DNA of 64,000 nt, taken from NCBI RefSeq assembly GCF_009914755.1, contig NC_060939.1, one strand, 5' to 3'. Positions 1 to 22,281 of the stretch are shown in pieces. Both the position numbers and the translations under genes were made by a program. This DNA comes from the human T2T-CHM13v2.0 reference genome, Homo sapiens. A model generated the notes under the pieces. It was given only the letters and a program-made list of their open reading frames with translations, made no database searches and was not told the origin of the DNA. How positions within the stretch are numbered: position 1 is the first letter of the stretch; each line of letters begins with the position of its first letter.

Positions 1-317
1 ATTTTAAATCAGGAGTTTAGGGTGAGGAAAAATAACTTACCAGAAACAAGAGGAAATATTACTACTACATTAACATTACTACCATTATCATTAGGGGACA
101 ACAAATAGCTTAAACACTTGCAACCAGAACAAGAGCTAAAAATTCAAGTTTTGTTTTCACATATTACTTAGCACACTCGATGAACAATTATATGCTCTTG
201 ATAATGTTATAAATTCTAAATTCTAACATTTCACATGTAAGTACTCAATGCAAAGAATTCACAGCATTGTTTAACTGACTCAACAGTCCTCCTTTAGCTT
301 AAGAATTACTTGAACTA

Positions 318-927
<610 letters not shown>

Positions 928-989
928 CAGATAATCTAATTTAGAGACAGTTTTACTCCACAGACAACTTCCTGGAGTTGTACTCCTAG

Positions 990-2480
<1,491 letters not shown>

Positions 2481-2547
2481 GTGAGTCAACTGGCATATAG
2501 ATAGTATTTAAAGTCATGGAACTAAATAAATACAGATGTAGAAGATT

Positions 2548-2670
2548 TTGTTTATTTCATCCTCACATCAGCCCTATGACGTAGCAACTATAATTATTCC
2601 CATTTTATAGATCAGAAAACTGAGACTAAGAGATTAAGACTTGCCTAACATCATTCTACCTAACTGGTAG
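2548..2670 (-). mobile_element. MIR SINE
   Basis: CCCATTTTATAGATCAGAAAACTGAGACT core. Confidence 0.8.
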
Positions 2671-3002
2671 AAGGAAGAAGGAGCTGGGGGAAAGAACAGA
2701 TCTAACTGGTGACAATGCCCGTGACCTTTCTCAACTGGGGCTTGTTATCTGAACCTCAGAACATTGACAATGGTCGGAGTGGATACTTTCTCAATTCTCA
2801 CAAGGATGGTACATAACTAGTGCCATCCTACATTGGAGAAAAGTTAATTATTTACATATAACAAATGTCCAAATGTCTTTGGGCATTTGGGTTTATTCTC
2901 TTATGAAACCCAGTTGAAAGAAAAAAAGAAACTATACTATACTACTATTATTCCATTATTATTATTCCATTACTACTATTGGGAATAATTTAAAATGAGA
3001 GA

Positions 3003-4711
<1,709 letters not shown>

Positions 4712-4947
4712 TAAAATGAGAGAGAAGAGACTGGTGAACAATATGTTACCATCCTGTGACTTTTGTGGGCTTATTTTGTAATCAGTAAAATGAAATATTA
4801 TTTGAAGTTTTTATAGCAGCAAAGGTGATTGTACTTTAAGACTATCCCAGGCCTTTACTGGTTCCATTCACAATCAGCACTCAGCATCTATTTTCCTGGG
4901 AACATCAGTTCATTAGAAAACCACGAAAAAAAAGAAAAATAATAAAT

Positions 4948-5240
4948 TTTTTTTTTTTGAGATGGATTCTCGTTCTTGTCCCCCAGGCTGAGTATAGCGG
5001 TGGGTCTCAGCTCACTGCAACCTCCACCTCCTGGGTTCAAGTGATTCTCCTGCCTCAGCCTCCCGAGTAGCTGGGATTACAGGCACCCGCCACCATGCTC
5101 AGTTAATTTTTGTTTTTTTAGTAGAGACGGGGTTTCACCATGTTGGCCAGGCTGGTCTCAAACTCCTGACCTCAGGTGATCCACCCACCTCAGCCTCCCA
5201 AAGTGCTGGAACTAACAGGTGTGAGCCACCACGCCCGGCC
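4948..5240 (-). mobile_element. AluS
   Basis: Full Alu consensus in reverse, T-tract first. Confidence 0.93.
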
Positions 5241-5960
5241 AAATAATAATTTCTTAAAAAGAAAACGAATGGAATATAAACTCATCAAGTGCCAGAATCT
5301 TTGATTTTCAATTAATGTGTTCCAAGCACCTGGAGCAGCACTCTTTCTGGGAATGAACCTAAATTTCCAGTGTTGCTGGGCAGCACTTGTTACCCTAAAA
5401 GATGGGGATTTCTTCATGTTGTCTTGGTTTTTTGGCACCGCTAAAATCTAATAGGATTGCCCTAACCCAGAACTTTAAACTCGCGGTTTAATTTTCATTA
5501 CGACTGCCCTTCTTCCTTATGGAACTATGACAGGTTCCAAGATACTGCCATTACTGGTCCAAATAACTACCATACCATGGGTATCAATACGTACTGTATA
5601 TACCGTTCAAAATAACTATGTACAATGTGAACCAATAACTACCATATCACATATTCTAGCCTAAGAAATATTCTTAGAATTTCAGTTATCCTCTGTTAAA
5701 CCCCAAAAGTATTTTAGAGCACAGGTACTATGAATCAATGTAGCACTTCCATTAAATGCAAAATGTTAAAATGAACAATCCTGACTAGGCCAGAACTAAT
5801 GGACTTTACCTGCACATAATAAGCTACATGTATGAATGCAATATTAGTGGACAATGTATTTCATTTTCAAGCTATAAGAACCAACCATCTGCAAGCATTA
5901 AGCACTCATCCACAAGGGGTCACCCGAATGACTACTATTCTTTTAATCACTTATCTCTGG

Positions 5961-6030
<70 letters not shown>
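5961..6030. repeat. poly(A) followed by (AT)n microsatellite
   Basis: Directly visible. Confidence 0.97.
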
Positions 6031-9935
<3,905 letters not shown>

Positions 9936-10274
9936 ATCCATCAACCAATCATCTGATACAACTGTCATATCTTCTTGCTCAAGGATCTCATCTGAAATTT
10001 AACAGTCCCATTAATTTAGAGAGCCCGGTAGGCAACATCAGAACAAACTAAAATCATGAAAATCGGATCTGGCATCTAGTAAGTAAACAACTACTTTATG
10101 CTCTTTTTCACTTTTTGTAGTTAAAGAAAATGCTAGCAGATGTGACCTTCCTGGCTTTGCAAACTTCTCTGTAAATGATTTGACCAACTTTTTATGTTTT
10201 CAACATCATGATAATCTGCAATACATGCTCATAACAATGTATTTCATGTGTATGTTAAGCCAAAGTTGTGTAGA

Positions 10275-10595
10275 CCTTTGTTGTTGTTTGTTTTGTTTTA
10301 TTTTGCTTTTGAGATAGAGTCTCACTGTGTCTCCCAGGCTGGAGTAGAGTGGTGCAATCACAGCTCACTGCAGCCTCAATCTCCCAGGCTCAATTGATCC
10401 TCCCATCTCAGCCTCCCTAATAGCAGGAATTGCAGGTATGCACCACCACGTCCAGCAAATTTTTGTATTTACCATAGAGACAAGGTTTCACCATGTTGCC
10501 CAGACTGATCTTAAACTCCTGGGCTCAAGCCATCCTCCCACCTCGGCCTCCCCAAGGGCTGAGATTACAGGCGTGAGCTACTGTAATCTGGCCAA
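10275..10595 (-). mobile_element. AluJ
   Basis: Reverse Alu with J-type CTCCTGGGCTCAAGC. Confidence 0.9.
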
Positions 10596-12922
10596 AAGTT
10601 CTATTTACAATTTTTAAAAATAGCTTCAACAGATTATAGTAAGTTTGTTACTTGCTATTATATAGTTATCCAACTATAACATTCAAGTTTTGTTTCACAA
10701 GTTTCTTTTTATCCTAACACAACCTTCTCACTCTCCAAGCCACGATGTCATCATTATCATCATTTTAAGATCTGAAAATCTGAATTTTAAAAATTTTAAA
10801 AGGTCAGCTCCTTCAATATACCCAGCCCCCTTTTTTTTCTATTTCAAATATTAGGGAGTATTCAGTATGACTTTTTTGGGGGAAAACATGCTTGGAACGT
10901 TGGAATTGTTATTACTATTTATTATTTGCACCCTCTACTAACCCAATCCAGTCCAATCACCAACACGTTCTCCAAAATTTCTTTAAATTGAGATTTTCAA
11001 GAGATGTTTATATTAATAAGCAGATTAAGTGACGCATTTACATTTGCTTTCTCTTCCATGCAACATCAGGGTGCCTGCATTGGAAATGGAATACATGACC
11101 AGCAAATGAATGGATGTGTCACATGCAAACAGCATGACTGGAAATTTAAGAAGCAAAATGATAAGAACCTTAGGGAACGCAAAATTCATAAAAGTTTAGA
11201 ATTACAAGAGGCCTTAATAGGCCATTTAATCCATTCCAATAACAACAACCCCAGATGACAATCTATCCTATTTTTAAAAGGCTCCAGATTTCCAACCTCC
11301 CTAGATATCTCATTCTGCCATACAACCTTGTCATGTGATTTGGGGGAAATATTATGACTGTTCTTTGCCCTTCCTAATGCTATCTTTTCTCAAATAATAT
11401 AGCAATACATCTTAACTCACTTCCAAGATATATAAATGTGTATAGGTGCAGAATACGTGTGTGTGTGTGTGTGTCTCTATACATATATACGTACATTTAT
11501 GCATAAGACAGGCACCTAGGACATTCAATTTTGCTTGTATAAACGCAGGCTATGGAAACACATATATCAAAGAGACATACTCATCCCACACTAATCACAA
11601 CAGGCACTATGAAACAATGTCACAGAACAATTTTGGTCTAAAAATATCCAGTAGAAATCAATTTCATAAAACCTGAGGTAAATAGGTTTCTTCCCACTAT
11701 GAATAATCATAGTTTCTTTCCCTTCTACAAATACTGCCCCATTTTGAGCAACCACCACTAACAGAATTGTAAAAATATAATATATACATAGGTACTAGAC
11801 CCAAACAGACAATGTTTTAACGTTTGATTTTTCAAACCACTTAGCTAACAATCATTTTGGAAAAGGGCCCAATGAAAAAGATAGTGATGGCAGAGTTCAG
11901 CCAGTGATAATGAACTAGCAGCCAGTTTTAATCAAGCAGGCCAGAGAACTGATTCAAATAAAATAAATCATTTTTGGAACAAATATAGAATGAGGAAGTC
12001 CCAAGCAAGGATAAAAAAAAATGTGTCTGTTAGGAAATACAATAAAATGTTAACCATGAAATGCCACCTCTGGAGATGGAATTACAAAGATGGGTTAGTT
12101 TGTTCAGATTTGTTATTCCCATCATTTAATTATCTCTATATTCTAAGTATTATAGACATTTCTTAAACTAAGACAAATCTGTCCCTGCGTTTCACAGCTC
12201 TCTAAGATAACATGTCTTTTACATAACCTCCTGGGAGAGGTGGTACAAGCTCCTGTCCTCCTCGTGTCTCCCAGTAACCTGCCACCCATCACAGAACAGA
12301 TTTCACCATGTTCCCCGGGGTAGCTCCTGTCATCACCATCATCATCCTCATCTCACGCTTAAGACTAAACAATGCGCCCCGCCTCGCCTCCCGGTTGCAA
12401 AGGCTTTATAATTTGTTGTTTTATTGGGGCGGGAGATTTGGAGAAAGGTTTAGCAGATGATGAGCTGCCCTCACCCAAAGGCAGAGGAGAGGAGGAAGAC
12501 ACGTCGTCCCAGCCTCCACCCCGCTAAAGGCGGCCGGCGCCTGGGGACACCGGGGTCGCGGCACTCCCCGGACCCTGAGAGGGAGTCGGCCGCCGCCCGC
12601 GGACCGAGCCCCAGCCGGGGCAGAGGAGCTGGTCAGCAGATAAAGGAATGAAGCAGAAAGAGACGCGACCACAGCGGGGCCGGGGCACAGACGTTGTAAG
12701 CCGCTGGAGGGGCGGGTCTCTCGGCCCTCTCCGCGGGCGCCTCGGCTTCTACGCTGCTCCGAGGCGCCCGGGCGGCAGGAGGCCTCTAGAGCCGGGGACC
12801 CGGGGGATCCGCGGCGCGCCAGGAGGGCTCCCCCAGCTCGCCTGCCGCCCACCCGGGACCCCAGCAGCCCCGCTCGGCTGCAGTCCCGAAACGGCCCCGG
12901 CCGGCCCTGCGCGGCCGGCAAA

Positions 12923-12929
12923 GCACACA

Positions 12930-12969
<40 letters not shown>
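12923..12969. repeat. (CA)n/(TG)n microsatellite at the start of HERC1 intron 1
   Basis: Directly visible CA run with a short CG interruption. Confidence 0.97.
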
Positions 12970-12972
<3 letters not shown>

Positions 12973-13004
12973 CCAGGAGGACGGTAGATGATGCGTTACC
13001 GTAC

Positions 13005-13130
13005 GTGGCTCTGGAGCTGGCGGGGTGGGGCGCGGCTCCGGCGACCCGAGCCCGGCTCCGCAGAGGCTGCGGCGGTCGCGTCCTTTATTTTTGCTGCAGC
13101 AGCAGCGACTTGTCAAAGGGAAAGACGTAA
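13005..13130 (-). other. HERC1: HERC1 exon 1 (non-coding 5'UTR; TSS approximate, could extend to ~13160)
   Basis: Minus strand reads ...GCAGCCTCTGCGGAGCCGGGCTCGGGTCGCCGGAGCCGCGCCCCACCCCGCCAGCTCCAGAGCCAC|GTACGG, matching my recollection of the HERC1 mRNA leader. No ATG; inside the CpG island; MIR422A ~37 kb away fits the locus. Confidence 0.85.
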
Positions 13131-13819
13131 GAGGCGGCGGCAGCAGCGGCGGCGTCAGGCGAGTCTCACGAGATTTGGGCGGAACTCTCGCGCAGCCGGG
13201 AGCCCTCGCCCCGCCCAACAGGCCCAGCGCGGGAGGTGAAAGGGGAACCGAGAGGAAGGCGGCTGAGGTGGAGTTGGGGGTTGAGCGAAAAGGGGAAAGG
13301 GATTTGGGAGCGAGGGGAGCCAAGCTAGGTGCTGGGGACACTTTGCTACCGCGCGGCCCTCACCCTTCAGCCGTCGCGGAATCCGGGCAGCCCCGACCGC
13401 CTGCGGGGACCTGACTCCACAGATGAAGCACAATTGGGGGCGTTTCACAAAGGGTGGTGAGGAGTGGGGGGCCATGCAGTGTGCCCCCTTTTCCTCGTGG
13501 TGGGCAGGGAAGACCCCGCCGCCAGGCGAAGGGACACGTGTTACGGCCGGCGGCAGGGCCAGGGCCTCACCCCTTTATCTCCGCCTCGCACCCGGCGCCC
13601 CACGCTCTTTATCTCTCATCGCAGCGGCCCCGGCCCTCCGGCCGGCTAAGTTCAATCACATAAAAGCGTTTCACTTGACCTACTCTTCCACCTTGTTCAT
13701 GTCTTTGCGCCTTATGGGACTGCCAGAACCCTGCAGATGCCAGGGCCTGGCTCCTCGGTTTTCTTTTCTGCTTGGGAACACAGTAGTGTCCTTTGGGTGA
13801 CTTACATCCTTGATCATGA

Positions 13820-14460
13820 CCTCGACCTCCACGTGAAACCCCATGAGGGGAAGGACACAGACTGGCTCAGTCCTCACCATATCTCCAGCGCCTAACATAG
13901 GTCCAAGTGGACATTAAATTGTTGAGTGAATACCCCATCTCCATCTTCCTCCTTCTGTACCTGGTTTTACTCCTTTCCAGCCACCTTCATGGTGTCTTTC
14001 CTTCCAGATATTCTAAGGAGCATCAATTAAACTGACCGATGACTTGGGGACAAAAAATAGAGTTGGCCTCTGCGTTCCAGAAGTTTGCAATCCAATTGGA
14101 GGCGTAGGAGAAGCACACAAACATACAAGCCATGAATGTGTCACTAATGTAAGAAATTACGGTATAGACAGACGAGGGAGTGCTTTCCCATGGTTAAATT
14201 AGATACATGTTTGTGTGTCACATGAGGCAGTTTAGTCCAAGAGTTAGGAGCCATGTGCTTCACTGTCAGACACTGGTGGGAATTCTGGAATCCCACTTAC
14301 CCCAGGTGTGTGACCTTGGGCAAGTTGCTTGACCTCTCTGAACCTCAGTTCCTTATGTGTCAATTTATAATGCCAGTTCTTGTTATCACAAGGTTCCTCT
14401 GAGGAGTAAAATATATGTAAAGCTCACATACGGCACATATTAAGTACTCATTAAATGATG
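13820..14460 (+). mobile_element. L2 3' end (~13820-13930) and MIR (~14220-14460)
   Basis: L2 tail TTGTTGAGTGAAT; MIR GTGTGACCTTGGGCAAGTTGCTTGACCTCTCTGAACCTCAGTT. Confidence 0.75.
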
Positions 14461-14690
14461 GGTCTTAGGTGTGTAGCTTTTAAGTTTCTATGTATAAAAT
14501 GTGTATTTCCGGTAAATGATGTAAGGGAGTAGCTACATGAGGAGTGATGTCATTGTTGCTAGTGCTTTATGATCTGGGTATTGTGTGTGAAGCATACTCA
14601 AAAACAACAAGCAAAAGCTCCTCCTTTTAACTTGTTGATGTCATCTACGTCACTCACAAATATGATATTCTGTCTTTCTTGAATTTGTAA

Positions 14691-15550
<860 letters not shown>

Positions 15551-16576
15551 GCTTAAAACACTGTTTCATACTCAAATCAGCATATCCTGGAACCTTGTTG
15601 TCAGCATTAACCTCCCAACTCTACCAGTTCATTTTATTCAGATTTCCCTAAAGAAAAATGTTGGAGATGGGAAGAGTGGATGGAGGGATCTCAGAGCCAC
15701 AGCCAAGTCCTAAGCATCACAAGCCCTTGGTCTGATAGCCCTCTGAGCAGCATACCCTGGCCATACCAGTCAGCCACATCTTCCTCCCCTCACGTATGTC
15801 ACCCCCACTTCATGCCTCATACTTCACAGCACCACACCACAGCTGGGAGGTCCCAGGCAAAGGAACTGGAGAATCAACAGTAGAATATATATTTTTCATC
15901 TTTCATCTGCATTTAGGAAATGTGCAACTCCTAGATAAAAATCAGGGCTAAGTTTGAAGTGAAGAAATCCAGCAGAGCAGTAAAGTGTGGAGGCAGAGCA
16001 GCAGGGGTAAACAGACACTGGGAGTAAGTTTGTGTTGCCCTTGGCACTTGGCTCAGGAAATATATCACTCTGAAAACAGAAAAGAGCTCCAGAGCAGGAA
16101 TCCATGGACATGAGTTCTGGTAGCTCCAGAAATTGCAGCCTAGTTGCCCTGCCATTACACAGTCTTTCTGAGCCTAGTCTCACATCTGTAAATAGGGGTA
16201 ATAATAAAACCCACTGCCTGCCGGAGAGTATCATGGGAGTCAAATAACATAAGAAAGTACTTTGTAACCATATTTGTAGCACTATTTAAATGTGAGGTAT
16301 GATTATTCATTCATTCATTTAACAGGTCTTTGTGGAATGCCTATCATAAGTCAGGCACTGTGCAAGGCACTAAATATACTATTGAACAAGCTTAAACACC
16401 TGCCCTCAAGGAGCTTATGGTCTAATGGGAGGAGAGAGGGAAGAAAATAGATCGATATAATATCACATGAGGAGAGTGCAAGTGATAAAGGTATAGTGGG
16501 AGGGAGCAAGCAAACCAGAAGAAGTGCAAAAAGAGCTGAAAGCCTTTTTGGAGGAGGTTTAGAAAACATATATAAT

Positions 16577-16875
16577 GGGCCAGGCACGGTGGCTCACGCC
16601 TGTAATCCCAGCAATTTGAGAGGCTGAGGCGGGCAGATTACCTGAGGTCAGGAGTTCAAGACCAGTCTGGCCAACATGGCAAAACCCCGTCTCTATTTAA
16701 AAAATACAAAAATTAGCCAGGCTTGGTGGCGGGCACCTGTAATCCCAGCTACTCAGGAGTCTGAGGCAGGGAGAATTGCTTGAACCCAGGAAGCAGAGGT
16801 TGCAGTGAGCGGAAATCGCACCACTGAACTCCAGCCTGGGTGACAGAGTGAGATTCTGTCTCAAAAAAAAAAAAG
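16577..16875 (+). mobile_element. AluS
   Basis: Alu consensus with A-tail. Confidence 0.93.
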
Positions 16876-17291
16876 CATCCATAATGAAGATTGATCACAT
16901 TTCATGAAGAGCGATTCCTAAATCAACTCCAAAATAACTTCAACAAATTGTTCTGTTGTGGGCTGTGAATTCTCCTTGGTTCTAATAAAAATTGTATCTC
17001 CTAAACCATTAGAAAAGAGTCTTTGATGTGGAGTCATTATATACACCCTTAGCTTTGAATAAAGATGGAATTAATGGAGAGAAAAATTAGTGGTATCTTA
17101 ATTAGAAACATTTTGTTCTTACAGCTTGTGTTTAAACACCAGAAAAAGAATTCATTCCACCTCACGTACTTGGTCCCCAATAGTTCCCTTCAGCCACTCT
17201 TTTGATCCAGATAATATTGCAGATCAGAGCCTAAGAGGCATTTCCAAAATATGACAACACATACTTTATTTTCATTTATGGTTTATTTATA

Positions 17292-17957
17292 CAGATGGTC
17301 CCTGACTTCTCTGATTTTTCAACCTTAATGATGGTGTGAAAGCAATATGCATTCAGTAGAAACTGTACTTCAAATTTTGAATTTTTATCTTTTCCTGGGC
17401 AATATGGATATTCTCCTACAGTCTTGGGCAGTGGCAGCAAGCTGCAGCTCCCAGTCAGGCTTGCAATCACCAACACTACAGTGTCCTGTTTTGCCAGATG
17501 ATTTTGTCCAGCTGTAGGCTAATGTAAGTGTTGTGAGCACTTCAAATTAGGGTGGGCTAAGCTATGATGTTCAATAGGTTAATTGTATTAAATGCATTTT
17601 TGACTTTTTTGTTGTTGTTGAGACAGACTTTTGTTGTTGTTGTTGTTGTTGCAGTCACAGTTCACTGAAGCCTCTACCACCCAGGCTCAAGCAATCCTCC
17701 CACCCCAGCCTCCCAAATAGCTGGGACTACAGGCACATGCCATCACGCCCAGCTAATTTTTTTTATTTTTTTACTTTTAGTAGAGATGAGGTCTGCTATG
17801 TTGTCCAGGATGGTCTTGAATTCTTGGACTCAAGCAATTCTCCCGCCTCAGCCTCCCAAAATGCTGGGATCGCAAGCATGAGCCACCGCACCTGGCCTGA
17901 CTTGATTTATGACGGGTTTATTGGGATATAACCCCATCGTATGTGGAGGAGCATCTG
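17292..17957 (-). mobile_element. MER47 (Tigger-family) DNA transposon with inserted AluJ (17605-17898)
   Basis: Termini CAGATGGTCC.../...GGAGCATCTG with TA target duplication; internal GGCTAAGCTATGATGTTC typical of MER47. Confidence 0.85.
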
Positions 17958-19495
17958 TACTCTGCTTCTTTACAAAAGGCTTTGAGATAGCTATTAACAC
18001 TTTATTCATAATCATATTCCCTACAAAGAAACTCCAAGAGAGTGTATCAGTTCATCATTTCTCACAATTATTGAGTTCCTTCCATGTGTAAGACATTATG
18101 CTAGAACTATAAGCTGTATGAAGCGTGTCCATGCCCTTTAGGGGTCTGAAAACTATAGATGCAGATATATATCCATGAAAATATAGCTAAATAATAAACA
18201 ACTCTATCCCTTTATCCTTATAGTCTATTGTATCTCTTTGTATTTCCTATTGGTTGTATGAGCAAAATTATAAAGTTAGGTGCCCAACTTCTGAAACTTG
18301 TTCACTCTACACTGCTGCTTTTCCATAGAAGCAGGATATCAAAGAAGGGCAAGATTTTAACTTGATATTTATAGATCTATAATAGGTATTTTAGTAGGTC
18401 TTCTTGAATACCTCATCCTTTAAACAGAGCACAACCATGACAATTTTCTCTTAGTACAGGTAAAATTTGAAATTGGCTAAACCTAAAGACTAATTTAAAT
18501 TAATTCTGGAAGACAAAGACTTGCACAAAAAAAATAGCCTTTGATAAAAGGCAATATGATACAAGGTAAAAGAAAGTACAGAAAAAAAAAAATATTCCCG
18601 GAACTCAGAAGAGACTCCTGGAGAGAATTTCATCCAGGTGGTAGAATTTGAGAGGGTAGCTGACAGCTAAATACAAAAAGTTACATATTCTGATAATAAG
18701 GTATTCTCAAAACACCAACCTCCAAGCCACAAAAGTTGCCTAGAATTTTTGTTAAAATGTATCTACATATGAAAACACATTCATTGCCTCCTATCTTACT
18801 AACAGATAATTGATCTGCCAAAGAGGTTTGAAGGGAAGTAGGGATACTAAAAATAGGATCATAAGATTGGCAGTTGGTTCTTTTGGAAACAGAGTTCTTT
18901 CTTGCTAAATGCAAACCTTCTAGGGTTTCTATTTGAAATCCATATCCTAAAATCAAATATTACATACACTAGGACAACCCACTATCTAAACAGTGTTAAA
19001 GACTTCCCTTTCTAGCTGTTTCTTAGACCTACAATGCGATAACCATTTTTAGATAAATTATTTTTACAACAGTTAGTGTTGTTTCATCGAAACACAATAC
19101 CCTGGGGCAGACACAGACGAACATTTTCTCACTCAGCAGCAGGGAATGGAATGTTGATGCTGGAAAAAGAAAATGAAGCTACAGGGGGAAAAGCCTACTA
19201 TGTAGGGAGAAGGGAAAGAAGAAGGGAACTAACAATTACAGAGTGCTATCCATGCCAGACACTGTGGTAGCACATTGAGAAGAAGATGAACTAGGCACAT
19301 CTTTGTTCTGGAAAGAAAATAATAAGAAGCTTATATAAATAATTTTACCTTTTTTCCACACTCTGTCAAGCCTCAGGATATATAAATAATCATAACACAA
19401 GTTAGAAAGCTGTGAGCACAACAAGAAGTATGTATCCCTTTTTCTCCTTTCAAAAAAGGACTGGGGGGCTTAGACAAGGTATAGTTAAATTATAG

Positions 19496-19835
<340 letters not shown>

Positions 19836-19979
19836 AGAAATGGGTTCTTAAAGGTTGAGTGGTTAAATTTGGATAGTGGGAATAGGGCACATTCTAGGCA
19901 CAAGAAACAGGATAAGCAAAAGTGTTCTCAGGATCAGCAGGCAGTCCAGTTTAGTTGTAGCTCTGTGGTGCTTATGTTT

Positions 19980-20350
19980 TCCAAGACTCTTGGTTGCAAG
20001 TGACAGAAACCCAACCTGAACTTGCTTAGGCAAAAGTGAAGAAGAATCGGCTGAAGAGATCCAAAAAAGTGTTTAAATGTCAAGGTAGGATAGGGCAATG
20101 AGCCAAGGCTTCAGGAACTTCTGGAGTCAGGAACTCTCTTGCTTCTTTGCTCACCTTGCTGCCTGGGCTTCAATTTATCTTAACACAGACTGGCTTCCTT
20201 CATATAGCTGGATATATGGCACCCCTTAGCTTTACGTCTTACCATTTCCACCCCTAGAATGGGAATAACATTCTTAAGTTTGAAAAAAATCCTGTGGGAA
20301 GAATGCTAATTGGCCAGGCTTGGATCAGTGCCCATCCTTAGACCAATCCC
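19980..20350 (-). mobile_element. Old MaLR LTR (MLT1N/M-like)
   Basis: GACTCTTGGTTGCAAGTGACAGAAACCCAAC and TTGGCCAGGCTTGGATCAGTGCCCATCC motifs. Confidence 0.6.
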
Positions 20351-20871
20351 GGGGGGCCCAAGGGAGGGGCAGAGCATAGTAAAAGAGAAAATGGGTGATG
20401 GGGTCTGGAAAGCAGTCTTGTGAGGCTGTGTTCGGAGAATTGATAAGGACTGAAAGATTGCAACTTTACAAGAAGCATATCAACAGGGGAGGAAACATGT
20501 TGGCCCAAAATTATGGTAACATTTGCTGCACTACCAAGTTAAAATGAGGTTGAAAATTTTATGGCATTGTTCAAATTATTAATGTTTTGTCATTTCAGTC
20601 AAGATATGAAACATAGTGGATCTTTCACACTGGCTTAATGACAATAGGACCTGGAATCCTTCAGTTACCTAGCCAGATGACTTTAGGTGAACATCTTAAC
20701 CAACCTGAGCCTCAATTTCCTCATTGAAAAATAATACTAATAATTATAGCTAACATCTATTGAATCTTGGTGTTCTAAGCACTTTTCAAATATTTAATCT
20801 TCAAAACAAACCTATAAGGCTCTATAAATCTGATACAATAATCCCCATTCACAAGGTTATTATAAAGATTA

Positions 20872-21200
<329 letters not shown>

Positions 21201-21706
21201 GATGCATAGACCAATTGCCTGGCTTACAGCCAGCCCTGAATACATCATAATTTTTAATGATCTGTTGTCCAAAAAAGGAAACTCTCTGCATTTCCTGATT
21301 GCCTTGGGAACCAAAAGCTTTGAAAAAACAAAAACAACAAACGGAAGGAAAAGACTCTAGACTCTGTGACTCCTTATCTCTGACATAGAAGCGGGTAGAT
21401 AGGGTAGGACTTAATAGGGACTAAAATAAGTCACGAGGAGAGCTACTAAAAAACAAACAGAAAGTAGAAAATTGAGAAGTGTGATAGTAGAATGTCAAGC
21501 AAATGAGAGTGGCCAACGTTTTGGTTCTTTTTTCTTGCAGGATAGAACTTTCCAAAAATGCCCATCTGTAAAGCTGAGCCATTTAAAGTTATCATGTCTT
21601 TGACCTGAATGCTGTCAAACAACTCAGATTATTCAACCAAGGACAGGAACTAACACTCATTGGCAAAATCCATTATGTTTGGGCTCTGTGCTGAGCCCTT
21701 TATACA

Positions 21707-22281
<575 letters not shown>

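Larger units (their letters stand above)
12350..13700. promoter_or_regulatory. HERC1: CpG-island promoter of HERC1
   Basis: Very GC- and CpG-rich. GC boxes at ~12376, 12426, 12709, 13177 and 13208; CRE half-site CGTCA at 13153; TCTCGCGAGA-like motifs at 13164-13173 and 13186-13195; no TATA. Confidence 0.93.

Noticed and set aside
12421-13800. Long overlapping ORFs in the CpG island (up to 306 aa)
   Set aside because: Expected from stop-codon depletion in GC-rich DNA; they run through the CA repeat, often use non-ATG starts and resemble no protein I recognise.
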